The position numbers were made by a program, and so were the translations under genes. Below are positions 26,277 through 39,860 of a stretch of 64,000 nt of DNA, in pieces; the first letter of the stretch is position 1; the number at the start of each line of letters is the position of its first letter. The notes below the pieces were generated by a model. The model searched no databases. It saw only the letters and a program-made list of their open reading frames with translations, and had not been told where the DNA came from. The DNA is taken from the NCBI GenBank assembly GCA_951406725.2, contig OX597821.1, positions 14,508,001 to 14,572,000 of the forward strand. The letters are read 5' to 3'. The DNA comes from Octopus vulgaris. Taxonomy: Eukaryota.

Positions 26277-27978
26277 TCATAAGCAGAAATAGTCACTTTT
26301 CTCAAGCTCCTCACTCTTGGTCCAGTAAAACAGCCAGAATGTGACAGGTGCTAATAGTGGGAGGCTTGCTCCTAGCTTGATATATTCAGTTTTGGTGATT
26401 ATGCTTGTATTTGTCTTTTTGTCCTTGCTATGTTCTATCTTGCTTGACCTTGGCTAAGAAGGCTAAAACAGTCTAAAGATTTTATGGAGGAAGCAAAGAG
26501 TTGTTTGATCCTTTTATAGATAAAATGTTATACTAGGAGACATGGTATCTTGTCTGTTGATCTATAAACAACATTACTGAGAACTATCTAAAAACAGTTA
26601 TAGCGAGCACTACTTAAAATAGCTAATGTAGAAAATATACAAAATCGGTTGCAGTTTGGAATACCAAAAGCATAGTTTAAATGGTGAATATCTAAACAAA
26701 TATAATCTAAAATACTGTTTAAGGGTTGTCATTTCCAATTCCAGTCACTAGACACATTGAAACAGAATGTTTCGAAGAGAAAATATTCATATTATAGTTG
26801 AATAAAGAGAAGTGGATATATTTCAAGTAATTTGAGAAATGCAGAATACAGTATTGTATTTATATTGTATTTATGTATTTACATTTGAATCTGAATGTTT
26901 GTGTAGATAATATACAATGATTTTTGCATCTGAATAGGATATCAGTTAAAAATAATGAAACTATTAGTTGTGACTGGCTGAGTAGGTTTTACATTAAAAA
27001 ATTAAGTTTTGAGGAAATTAGCATATGGTTGTCTATTCAGTATGAAATAAAGGCCAGTACAAGTAACTCTGATTTACTGCTTTGCGTAGAAGTGGTTTCC
27101 AAAAGTATAAATTGATGATAATTGGACAATCATCAATTTATACATTCTGCTTTTTAATTTTTTAAAAAACTATTTTCTGATTTTAGTCACTGGATTATAC
27201 CCCACCCCAGGGCATCTTATTTTCAAAATGTAATGAAAGGTCTGCACAATTAGAGATAATTGATGCTCTGCTATAGAAGCAAATAATATTTGTCTCTAAT
27301 GATTGTTTGTTCACTGCAAGAAAGATTAGTATTCTATGTAAGTTAAACCAGGCATTAGTTTTCCTTGATCATCCAGTATGAGCAGTTTCTTTGATTAGCT
27401 AGAATCAAAGACATACATCTCAACTTAGTGTGTTTCTAAGTACTCATTGGACTTAGAAAGATAACTGGCAAAGTTGATCTTGTCAATTTTTGACCTTAGA
27501 ATGATTAGACCCGAAAGTAAACATATTTTAATGACATAGTCAGAAGAAGAAAGGCAGCATCTAAGACTTCTTTCAGGACCTTTGAGGTAGGTGGAAGAAA
27601 AGAAGGAAATTATTTTTAAACTGGAGACCTGGCCTAAAATGCTGTCAATAGAGTGGATTCTGTAAAATTCACCTAAGAGTAAGAAAGTGAATGTCAGCTA
27701 CCCAAGCATCTAGTTGACTCTACCAGTTTTTAAATTGTTGTTCTAACTCAAATGAAAATTGAGCAGCAATTTCAGGGGAGGCTGCAAGCTGTTTTCATCA
27801 ACACAAGAGCTCAAGTGGCACTTATTTTATCAACCCTGAAGGGATGAAAGTCAAAGTCAACCTTGGTGGAATCTGAATTCAGAATGTAATGATGAAAGAA
27901 ATGCTGCTAAGCATTTTGTCCACTGTGCAATTGGTTCTGCCAGCTTGCTGCATAACTCAAATGAATATTGGAATGTGT

Positions 27979-29160
27979 AACTAGTTATGAGTTACTCATC
28001 TAGATATGTATTACAATTCCATTATAAGCTACCCGACCAATCTATTGTGAATTACCCATTTAGATGTTAGTTAACTATTCAGATATGAGTTATCCATTTA
28101 ATTACTGTGTATTTATCTAGATGTTAATCACTAATCTAGATTTGATTAATCTAATGATTTATATATATCAATCATAGGTGCAAGAGTGGCTATGTGGTAA
28201 GTAGCTTGCTTACCAACCACATGGTTCCGGGTTCAGTCCCACTGCATGGCACCTTGGGCAAGTGTTTTCTACTATAGCTTTGGGCTGACCAAAGCCTTGT
28301 GAGTGGATCTGGTAGATGGAAACTGAAAGAAGCCTGTCGTATATATGTGTATATGTTTGTGTGTCTGTGTTTGTCCTTCCAACATCTCTTGACAACCGAT
28401 GCTGATGTGTTTACGTCCCTTAGTAAATTAGCGATTCGGCAAAAGAGACCGATAGAATAAGTACTAGGCTTCCAAAGAATAAGTCCTGGGATTGATTTGC
28501 TCGACTAAAGGTGGTGCTCCAGCATGGCTGCAGTCAAATGACTGAAACAAGTAAAAGAGTATCTAATATGAGTTACCTATTCAGTTATCCGTAATTCTTT
28601 TATTGTAAAGTCCATTTTGATTGATATGTAAAGTCCTGCAGCATATTTATTCCATCTTTTTTTATACATTGCCAGGCAAAATTTAGACCAAAGTCCCAAT
28701 CAAAGTGAATTTTACAATAAACCCTGCTCTATTTTCAGTATTGCATTTCCCTATCACTAAATTTTCTTTTATTATTCTTACACTTATTTAAAATTATGGT
28801 TTTGAATGTTGGTACAAGGCCAGCAATTTTAAGGAGATGGGGTCAACCCTAGTCCTTGACTAGTATTTTTACTTTATTGACCCTGAAAGGATAAAAGGCA
28901 AAGTCAACTAAGGCAGAATTTGAACTCAAAAAGTAAAGAGCCAGAAGGAATTCTGCTGAGCATTTTGTTTGCTGTACTAAGGATTTTGTTGCCTCACCAC
29001 TTCCAACTTGCTTTAAAATAATAACCTTCAATTAACATTACGTGTTACCCATCTAGTAAAGTCATCTATCTAAATATGAGACACCTAATCCAGGTGCCTA
29101 TCTAGATGAGATTTATGCATCTAGTTATGAATTACCCTTATATTTAAGAAGTGTCCATTT
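27979..29160. repeat. Old degenerate ~19-20-bp minisatellite (approx. ATCTAGATATGAGTTACCC), interrupted by SINEs
   Basis: Variants recur at 27979-28140, 28561-28590 and 29041-29140. Confidence 0.55.
28176..28560 (+). mobile_element. SINE family A
   Basis: Full-length copy. Confidence 0.9.
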
Positions 29161-29171
29161 AGTTATGTGTT

Positions 29172-29695
29172 CTTGCTTCTTGCTATTCTTCGGCCAGTAT
29201 GGAAGTCCACTGCCATCTCAACTCGAACTAAACTCTGCTTATTTAGTTTAAATGTAAAATCTGTGCTTTTGTATGGCTCTGAAACATGCAGAGCCATCTG
29301 CAGCAACTACCAGAAGATCCAGACCTTCATCAACAAATGTCTCTGGCAGATCCTCCATCTGAAGTGGTTCGACAGAGTGCCAAACACGACCTGTGGGAAA
29401 GGGCCAACTAGGAGTCCGTACATGTTCAGATTAGACGAAGGAAATGGAGATGGATTGGACACACACTGCAGAAAGAACCCTCAAATGTGACACGACAAGC
29501 ACTTGACTGGAACCCGCAAGGGAAACGGAAGTGATGATGCCCGAAGCAGACATAGAAGCGGAGCATTTTGGACAAGCTCAGGACCACCAGTCTGACATGG
29601 GAAGCAGCCAAGAAACATGCCAATGACTGCAAAAAGTGGAAAACAACTGTTGGGGCCCTATGTTCCACAAGGGGCAAAAAGGTTTAAGAAGAAGA
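29172..29695 (+). mobile_element. 5'-truncated RTE-clade LINE
   Basis: Translates (frameshifted) to TKLCLFSLNVKSVLLYGSET...FINKCLWQIL...[13 protein letters not shown]...[12 protein letters not shown]...W. (AAG)n tail; 11-bp TSD agttatgtgtt (29161-29171, 29696-29706). Confidence 0.9.
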
Positions 29696-32600
29696 AGTTA
29701 TGTGTTATTTCACCTGGTACAATTTACCCTCCTGGTTACTTAAAAATTAACATATGTTTGTTTTTCATACACTTTATGAACATTTATATTGTCTGTCGTG
29801 GCAAGAATAGCTAAGGCCATTATAATTAATAACTGCTTAATTATCAAGATATTTATGATACTCTGTAGTTGAGCTATCAATTCACTGACCTCAAAATAAA
29901 TTATTATTGCTGATATTTCTTTTTTTTAACTGTATCACATAAAATATTGACATTAAAAAAATACTATTTTTGCAGACAATACTACTATCCAGATCAATAG
30001 ATTTACCTTTATATATCACTTTTAATAATATCAATTGATTTGATTCAAGCACCTGTTGAATATAATCTATGGGGTTAAATGTTTCTTTCAATGAATGTAG
30101 GCCACAAACGACCCATATGGTTGTTTTTTTTATATATATTTGGTACTGTTTAATTGACAGCGTTGAATATTGAAAATGTTGAATTATTGAAGAGATTGTG
30201 CATAACAAATTAAATTCATATTAATGCAATTCTGTTTTATGCCTGCAAGCCCCGAATATTGCTTTGTATATGTTTATGAACATTCAGCTTTCAGTCAGTC
30301 TTTTATCACTATATTTAATATGGTATAATCACAACTAATGACATTTCCTTTCCTGTTGTGAATCTCTATAATCCAAAGAGGCTTTTGAAATTTGCTTTAC
30401 ACTTTTAATTATAGAATAATTTTCTAACACAGACACAAGGTCAGATATTTCAGATGAGGGAAATAATTGATTGATATGGACTCCAGATCTTGGTTGGAGA
30501 CTTTATTTCATCAAAGGGATGAAAGGCAAAGTTAACATCATGAGGTTTGATCTGAGGATCTAAAGATCCAAAAGAAATACTGCAAGGCACCTTGTCCAAT
30601 GCTCTAACAGTTCTGTCAATTCATTGCACTCGTTTAAATTTAGACACAAAGCTAGAAATTTCGAGAAGTGGGGGTTAGTCAATATTATCTATCCCAATAC
30701 TTGACTGGCACTTTATTTTATTGACTCTAAAACATGAAAGGCAAAGTTTGACTTCTGCAGGATTTGAACTTAAATGTAAAGACTTAAACAAAATACCACA
30801 AGGCATTTTTTTCCATTGCTTTATTGATTTTGCCATCCGACTGCCCTTTTATAGTTATAATTCTCTCTACTAGAGGCACAGGGCTTGTTTTATAATTATA
30901 TAATAAAAATTATTATATTATAAAAATTATTATATAATAAAACTTATCACTATGTTGTTTCAAATTTAGTAGAATGACAGTAAATTTAACACCTTGATTG
31001 CTAAATATTCCTCTTTAAGTAAATTTTGTTTCTTTCCATAACATCTTAGAATAAAGTTCCCCAAGCAATCAAATTATAGAACCTACAACTTAATATTTAA
31101 CCCTTCAAATTATAGAAATTTTTCTCAGACACATTATATGATATACATGAAGAGTGCTTTATGGTTTCAATCTGATTTGGTGCGGCTTCTTATGGCTGGA
31201 TGCCCTTCCTAATGCCAACCAGTCCAAGAGTGTAATGGATGCTTTTTACGTGCCACCAACATAAGTGCAAGTTACGTGACCCCCGGCATTGGCTACAACC
31301 GTGATTTCACTTGGCTTAACAAGTCTTCTCAAGCACAGCATATTGCCAAAGGTCTTGGTCACTTATCATTGCCTCCACGAAGCCTTATCTGAGTTTGCAA
31401 ATTATCTTTAACTCTTTTAACTATCTAGATTAATTCAAACTGTTTCAAAAACATCTCCCTCGACTAATTAATTTTGTAACAATACATATTCATCATAATA
31501 ATTAGCATTACTTAAATATAATTCCATCTTAATGTAAGTTTTTTTCCTCTTGCTTTAGGTTAAATAGATATGCTCAAATCCGATTATTACCATAGCAACT
31601 GGATAGAAGCATTGTAATATGACAATGTGTATAAAGGAATATAGAATTGAACTCGAATTTCCAGCTGGATATTCTTGCTATATTATATTTCCACATGCAG
31701 AACTCATAAAATTAATTATAGTATTCATTATTTTCTTTGTGTTTTGTTCTGTTTAAACTACAACAAAAGCAGATCATCTCAAGAATCTAGCTAATTCTCC
31801 TAAAAAAAACCAGTTATTTATATTACAGAGTATATTTTATTACACGCCTATACCATCAACACCTGGTGAATGAAATAATCAATGTTTTCTTGACTACATA
31901 ATCGGTTGACCAGTTGACGTAGACTTACTAGAAAACATCCTTTTTCTGACATCTATGAAATAAGCAGATTATCATTAAAATACCAGATGCCATTAGCTAC
32001 AATGAAAAAGGGCCTATATGAAATAGAATAGTGTAATGTAGACTTTCTGCAGTAAAATAGTTGAATCTGCAAGAACTGGATTACTCATTAAGAGCAGGTA
32101 TAGAGTATTTGCAACCAGACTCTAGTTAACCATAAACATTGTTATTCTTAATATTTGGATTTAAGTACTATCATTTGTAGATTATTGTTGCTATCACTTA
32201 CAAGAGAGTGGATTACCACAGTCATTAGAAAGTCACACAAAATACTTTGTACTGTTGGCTTTAATGCAGAACATAATCTGTAAACAATATTTCAGATGTG
32301 CATAAGGTGGTGTACTGGCAGAATCTTTACCACATCGGATGAAATGCTTAGTGGTTTTCATCTGTCTCTGAGGTTCAATTTAGCTAAGGTGGACTTTGTC
32401 TTTCACCCTTTTGGGATCGACAAATTAAGTACCAGTTGAGCACTGGGGTTCGATGTAACTAGCTTACCCCTGAACTTGCTGGCCTTGTGCCAAAATTTGA
32501 AACCAATATTTCATATGTACAAGACATTAATAGTTTCCTCTGTATGTTAGAAGGTAGAGTTGGTGAATTATATACACTATTTAATATATAATATTCTGTC

Positions 32601-33410
32601 ATGGGGACATCAGTTAAAGGCATTTTGTGCAGAACTGATGCTAGGATATCCAGCACTTTAGGTCAGTCCTATAAAGTGTGCACCCTTCTCTCAGATATGA
32701 CTATTTTGTAAATACAGCCAGGATCAGTAGCTTATAATAATATAGTGTATAATAGTTCAACTGGTAATGATTTAATTATCTGATATTGTTAAAGCATTGT
32801 ATGAAGATCCAAAACATTTCTTCCTTAACAATGGATACTAAAGTTAAACTTTAAAAACTATGCTATGATGTTTTCTGTCTCTCTTTGTCTTTTTTGCTTA
32901 TATTCTTTGAAAAGATTGGATTAAGAAATTCTGTCTAAGGACTTCAGAAATTGTGTGGAACCCACAGATTTCAGTGCCCTAGGCATCATCTGATTTACTG
33001 AATACATAGTACTGATCCCGTTTCTGTGTCTAAGGTGATGTTGCCAGTAACTATGATTAGATTCTTCCAAGATCCCAAAGAATGCTTCAGACGATGAAAG
33101 TATGCTGTTATCTTTATGGCATGTATTGTCTGATAATGTTATCTAATTGCTTTGAGATGTTGTGTGTTGGTGTCTTATTTGAGAATCTGTAGGTCATAGG
33201 ATGTTGTATTATTTAAGTAATTTTATTGCTCTATAAATATTTGATGGAATCAATGAGGAGGAGTGGTTAAATCCAGTTTTTAACTAAGTAGTGTTGTGTT
33301 TCACACAAAATGTAGGGTACTGGGAGTCCGAAGTCTTGCCTGGCAGTCTGACAAGCCACTACGAGCAAAACTTCACAGTCAAAGTTACAAAAAATTTTCT
33401 AAAAGTATAT

Positions 33411-33815
33411 CTCTTTTACTCTTTTACTTGTTTCAGTCATTTGACTGTGGCCATGCTGGAGCACCTCCTTTAGTCGAGCAAATCGACCCCGGGACCTTAT
33501 TCTTTGTAAGCCCAGTACTTATTCTATCGGTCTCTTTTGCCGAACTGCTAAGTGACGGGGACGTAAACACACCAGCATCGGTTGTCAAGCAATGCTAGGG
33601 GGACAAACACAGACACACAAACACACACATACATATACATATACATATATACGACAGGCTTCTTTCAGTTTCCGTCTACCAAATCCACTCACAAGGCATT
33701 GGTCGGCCCGGGACTATAGCAGAAGACACTTGCCCAAGATGCCACGCAGTGGGACTGAACCCGGAACCATGTGGTTGGTAAGCAAGCTACTTACCACACA
33801 GCCACTCCTGTGCCT
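33411..33815 (-). mobile_element. SINE family A
   Basis: Full-length copy. Confidence 0.92.
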
Positions 33816-35104
33816 ATATATCAAAATATTTAGATTCTACGTTTATGTGTTAGAGGCAGAAGAGGATGTATGTCATGGATCAATGCTGTCATCATCTTTA
33901 ATGGGCTGTCATAAGTAAGTAAAAAGTATGTGAAGACCCTGTTTGGTTTAGTATTGGTAAAATAAATTGAAACAAAACATATTTTCCAAGAGAATATGTT
34001 TCTTCCTAAGGATTAGGGTGAACTATGATTGAAGCATCTCAGTTGTGAGTGTGTACATGTATGTCATTGCATTGTCCAAAAATGGACATGACCACATTGC
34101 TAAAACAAATTTCTGCTTATGAGGATACATATCAAAATGGAAGAATTGATATATAGAATGATAAATATGTCTACACCATATACATAATTTCAATTGACAC
34201 TTAATTGAGAACCCATGTTATGCTTATTTTGTATGAGAATATGCATGAGTGCAAATAAGTATGCAGGTATGTGAAGTTGTAATTTTTGTCTTCAACTTGG
34301 CAATTTGTTATCTGAAAATTGTCCCCAGATTTACCCGTTTTTTTACATTGGCAGCACCTAGTACTTGCTTCATCGAGTTCTTAGACATTGAATATCTTTA
34401 TATTGAATGTAACCACAAATCTAGAACAGCATTGAAAATTCCATTAGAAGTGTAGATTATTTATTTAAACAAGGTTATTAATTGTTGAGTTTTCATCTTT
34501 CTTATACTCATTTGGAAAAAGATATACATTTTTCAAGAAAATCAAAGGTAAATAAAAATATAAAATAATATTTATGCAGCTCTGAGTAAATGAATATTTA
34601 TTGAAATTTCAAAAAAGAAGCAATTATGAATTTTGAGAACAAAATGCTAGGAAATTAGATGTCTGAAGTGTACTATATCTATATCTATATCATTGAAGTG
34701 TTTTATGTAGTGAAGTTTTACTATATTAACCATAAAATGCTACTTAAGGTATGAATATTTCTAAGATAAATGGTCATAAGATATTGATGTATTTGACAGC
34801 CAATAATTTACTTCTAATTTCATGAAATAGCATTCTATTTTGATGATTTATGTTAAATTGGTAAATGCTTCATTGCTTCAGTCCTTGAAAGTAGGTGGCA
34901 TGTCATGCCTTTGAGCAAGGTACTTCATTTTACATTGCTGCAGTCCACTCAGCTGTAAATCAGGATCACAAAGAACTGGATGGTTAACCCTGCCGTTCTA
35001 TTCAGAGTGTAGTCCTGTATTTTCTGTCATTTAAACTGAGATGGGCTCTGACCAATAGGCTTGAGACAGATTTGAACATGTGTGTGTGTGTAATGAAATG
35101 TATG

Positions 35105-35140
<36 letters not shown>

Positions 35141-35216
35141 TATTTAAATATATATATATATATATTCACATGTGTGTGTGTGTATATATATTTTTATGTA
35201 TATGAACTGTTTTTTG

Positions 35217-35316
35217 GGATCATGTGGATGAGAAAGGCGCGATCCAGAGAGGAGTGGACAGCGTGCTGTGACCAGCAGTGTCAAATGGACGCCTGACGGA
35301 CTGGTCGGTCAAAGTG
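35217..35316 (+). mobile_element. Extreme 3' fragment of a probable RTE-like LINE between ~110-bp direct repeats
   Basis: GC-rich 100-bp insert encoding WMRKARSREEWTACCDQQCQMDA* (resembles the W..xA.DR..W C-terminus of RTE ORFs). Flanks 35103-35216 and 35317-35426 are near-identical. Confidence 0.6.
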
Positions 35317-35318
35317 TG

Positions 35319-35350
<32 letters not shown>

Positions 35351-37273
35351 TATTTAAATATATATATATATATATTCACATGTGTGTGTGTGTATATATT
35401 TTTTTATGTATATGAAGTGTTTTTTGTTATATTATTTCATGAAATAAAATTGTACGAAAATTAAGTACAAAATGATCTCAGTTCAGATGAGAAAGGGCAG
35501 ACTGTTGATAGGAAGGATCATCCTTATTTTTTATTTTTTTTTTTTCAATAGGCTTACTTGTCAGGAATCATTCAATATCAATAAAGACATCAAAGAAAAT
35601 GTCAAATTACTTTGACAATTCACTGACTCAGTGATTTTTGTATAATTTAATCTTATTTCCTGCCATGAAAATTATTGATCTATCAAGCTTGATCTGAGAG
35701 CATAATTGATTCTGAATAGTACAACTTGCGGGATTTCTGAAAAATATTATAAGTTATTTTATTTCTTTCCTTTACTGCATTTTACCCTTTTCTTTTTGAA
35801 ACTACTCATTCTTCTCATCACCAGTAAATTGAAAGCAATGTATAAGGATAGCAGATATCAGCATCTTCTGACTAGCATCAGATTAGTATGATGCTTTAAA
35901 TTCTGAAGCATTAGTAAGTGATTTAGTGCCGAGATGTTATCAAGTGATGAATGCTTAAACAAACGTGATATTTTACTGCTAACTTCATATACAAAACTAT
36001 TTTTAAGTGCGCAGTTTTTCTCTATTTCATTATAGTGTTAGATATGAAATAGAGTGGGTGAGATAGAAAGACAGTGTGTAAAGCACACATACATATGTTA
36101 TAAAATAACACTTTTATGTGTAGCATAGCTTGAAGGTGATGGGGAGGTTGTCATTTACTAAAGGTGCTTAAAATACCAAAATCTTCATTAGCAGGATTCT
36201 AGTAGATTTTTGGCATTTCACCTTAAAAATACTTTCTTCTGGTGATATACTAATTACATAAGGTTTTTATTGAATACCAAGACACACGTTTCACTCATAA
36301 ATAATCACTTTATAGGAAAAATTAAGGATAAAGACAAGAGTCTTAGACTATGATAGAAGAATTTCATTCCAGTCAAAAGCAAAGTTTCTTAAATTGCCAA
36401 TACAAGTATGGTTTCAGTCATGCCTTAAAGCTTCATGTACTAAGGCACCTACACTTAGAGTAAACTGACTTGAAGAACTTTTGTTTCTTCTCTACATTAT
36501 ATGGTCACAGGATTTGGTGGGAGAGCAGCCAAATATCTCTCAAGAAAAAGAAAGACTTTTAGATAATACAGTCATGGCTGCACAAAACGAAAAAATATGA
36601 AAATAAAATGATGTGATGTTTATAGCAGGAACATCTTATATCAGAGGTCTGCTCAGTCAGAACTGACCTGGGAGTAGCCCAATTTCATTATCAATCTTGC
36701 TTCTAAAACTTCTTCTGCAAAACATTTAAGAGTGTTGCAAGCTGAATTAAGTTAGAAATGAGGAATTAAGATTTTGGAATGGAAGAATTATAGTTCTTTG
36801 TGACAAACAATGTGCTAATTCTAAATGTTGAGTTCATGTCTTTGATCATAAGTAGCAACTGGTTTCAGTGTTTTCAAATTGTTTCCATTTCTTTACATCT
36901 AAATTTCTCAAAGAGAAGAATACTTTGAAATGTCAAATCATACAAAAACCATTGTAGATGTTTAAGTCTAATCTTATCAATTGTACTAAGAATTCTGAAA
37001 CGTGATATTCAACCGAAGACTACAGTTGTATCATTATTTGATATTGCTTCCAAAGTTAACTAAAAGGGAAATAGTCCTCAATCTTTCTTATTGAAGAGTA
37101 GAACCTTTCAATATTACATATGTAGAATAATATACAACAGTACATCTGATGATATGGACTTGCCCTACAAGCCTATGAATCTCCAAGTCATGTGGAACTA
37201 AGTCAGACTTATATTAAATACATGTAACTCCAACCAAGAAGTGTTAAGAGCTACTTTCATTTATTCACCTCAT

Positions 37274-37313
<40 letters not shown>

Positions 37314-38764
37314 ATGCATACATACATGTATATATTGTGAAGATCAAGTTGACTTGGATTTCAAGATTTCTCCTTTAGTTTATTCAGTCTGATTGAACAA
37401 ACTATAAGGCGAAACTTGAAGTCCCTGTCAACTTGAAACTTAATATAAATTTGACTCTGCTTTAAGAGTCACACAATCAATAAATGTCCTGTTGTTCTTA
37501 AACTTGCACACATATATGTGTGTGTGTGTACAAAACTATGTAATCATTTCTTCTTTGTTTTGATTTTATCAATTTTATATATGTTCTCTTAAATTGCTAC
37601 TTTTGAAAATTCAATTGAATTAAATATATTATCTCTTTTCGCAGAGCTGCCAAATTAAGCAGATATTTTATGTGATAAGAATTAAAATTTGTAAATAAAT
37701 AATTGACATTTAAAAACTCAAAATAAAAACAATACAAAAAAAGAAAACTGCTAATAATAATGAGATTTTTTTTTAATTTATGAAATGTTTGGCAAGTAAA
37801 ATGAGGTGTCTTATCTATGGACATGATGAATGAATTGACAATGTGAAATGAGCTTATGAAAATAGGGACAAAAGAATCTTGACATTTTCACTTGATGATT
37901 GTTTTTCACAATAATGAAGATGATAATATAAATGATTGAAATAAGTAATGTAATCTTAAATAATGAGTATATGAAAGCTTGATAACGAACAGATGAATTT
38001 GATTAGAAAGTGAAGTAATGAAGATGATTACTGATACTTCATGTTAGGGTAAGGTAGATGAGATATGATATGTTGAAAGATTAGTAATGACTGAATGATA
38101 AGTTCTAAGTATTTAATGATAATGGTGTTGAAAATATGATTGGTAGAAAACGAAAGGAAAGAAAGTCTTCTGTTTGTTTTCATGTATTGCTTGATAAAAT
38201 TTTGTTATTTAGGATACCATTATCTGAGTAAAACAGGAAGCTTAATTTGGGAGCTAATTATTATATTTCAAAAGGAAAAAATTAGTTCTTCACAAATTTC
38301 CTTCCTTTTCATTTTTAATACGAAAATTATTCTTTCTTTTTCTTGGAAATATTAATTGAATTTTTCTTCTTAATTAGTTGAAGATTGTAAAAAAAAAAAA
38401 AAAAGAAAAAGAGCTACATTCATTTTTATGTTTTGTGTATTTCCCAATATGCTTGTATCAAAATATATGCAGCTGGCCATTTTGAAAATAATACAAAATT
38501 TTAAATAAATAAATCATGTTTAAAGAAATAAACCATCAAAATCTCTGAGAAACCCTATCTTCATAATATGAATTTCTCTTTAAATTCATATTTATTCTTA
38601 TCATATATTTCTTCTGACAATTACTACTGTTTACGTCAGTTTTTTTTTTTTATCACTATTAGAATGGTGGCCTGCATAACATTATTGAAATTCTGCTGAC
38701 CTAGTCTGTCAACACAATACAGACTTCAAAAAAAAAAAAAGAAAAAGGGTATATGTATATACAT

Positions 38765-39250
38765 ACAGTTCTATATTTAAGAGATGAGGAATTATGTACA
38801 TTATTTATATTTGATTGATATTTGTCCTCATTTTGTTTGTTGATAACACAGCATTTCAGCTGATATACCCTCCAGCCTTCATCAGGTGTCTTGGGGAAAT
38901 TTTGAACCTGGGTTCACATTCCTAAGGTATTTTTTGATGTTGTTATTATTATTTCTAAGGTCACTGCCTGGAATTGAACTTGGAATCTTGGAGTTAGTAG
39001 TCCGGGCTCTTAACCACTGCGCCATATGCCCACGGACATATGGTGTAGTGGTTAAGAGCCTAGGCTACTAATCCCAAGATTCCAAGTTTGATTCCAGGCA
39101 GTGACCTTAGAAATAATAACAACATCTGAGAACCCAGGTTCAAAATTTCCCCAAGACACCTGATGAAAGCTAGAGGGTATATCAGCTGAAACGTGTTAAC
39201 AACAAACAAGATGGGGACAAATATCCGTCGAATATAAATAATGTAAATAA
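38765..39250. mobile_element. Palindromic tRNA-headed, hammerhead-containing element (family E), copy 2
   Basis: Head-to-head arms with a 2-nt spacer (39032-39033); 73-nt tRNA-like heads at 38959-39031 (minus) and 39034-39106 (plus); hammerhead motifs at 38845-38890 (minus) and 39155-39197 (plus). Confidence 0.85.
38959..39031 (-). pseudogene. tRNA-like SINE head (A box TGGCGCAGTGG, B box AGTTCAATTCC, loop CT-ACT-AA); not a functional tRNA
   Basis: 73 nt, cloverleaf-like but with acceptor, D and T-stem mismatches; embedded in repeat E. Confidence 0.7.
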
Positions 39251-39279
39251 TGTATATATATATATATATATATATATAA

Positions 39280-39480
39280 AGTTAATCCAAACAAGAAAAC
39301 ACAAAAAAACACAACAACGTGAGGATGTGGAACAAATACAGTACTATTGGACGCTCAGGAAAGAAGGGAAAATGTTTCGAGTGGAGCTCTTCGTCGGAAA
39401 CATAGGAGAAGGAAAGATCCCAAGAAGGGAAGACAGATGAAAAAAAATCGCCAACGGTACACATGAGGTCACATTTTGAA
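39280..39480 (-). mobile_element. Penelope-like pLTR remnant with a variant hammerhead core
   Basis: Minus strand 39371-39400 reads gtttCCGACGAaGAGctccaCTCGAAACa. Confidence 0.5.
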
Positions 39481-39815
39481 AGACCAGAAGTCGAAAGGGT
39501 GAAGAAGGTTGTTTTCAAAGACAGAAGAGTTCTCAAAGACAGTATGGTAGTATGTCAAAGACGAGGAATGTGGGAGGGGGAATGTGTGTGGATGTGTGCA
39601 TGCATGGAGGTCTGCGTGTGAGTGTGTATGTGTGTGTGTGTGTGTATGCATGTGTGTGTATGTGTGTATGGTTCTGGCTGCAAACAACAGGCTAGTGGCT
39701 GGCCAGTTTGTAAGAATAAGGAGTGGTGTTTTTTGTTTCCCAGCCACAGGTCAGAACAAAGAAGTATGTGTGTGTGTGTGTGTGCGTGTATGTATATGTA
39801 TCGTGTGTGTGTTTT

Positions 39816-39860
<45 letters not shown>

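Noticed and set aside
32930-33290. Possible decayed LINE endonuclease fragment (minus; NLIIVTGNITLD)
   Set aside because: One weak motif with many stops; not enough to call.
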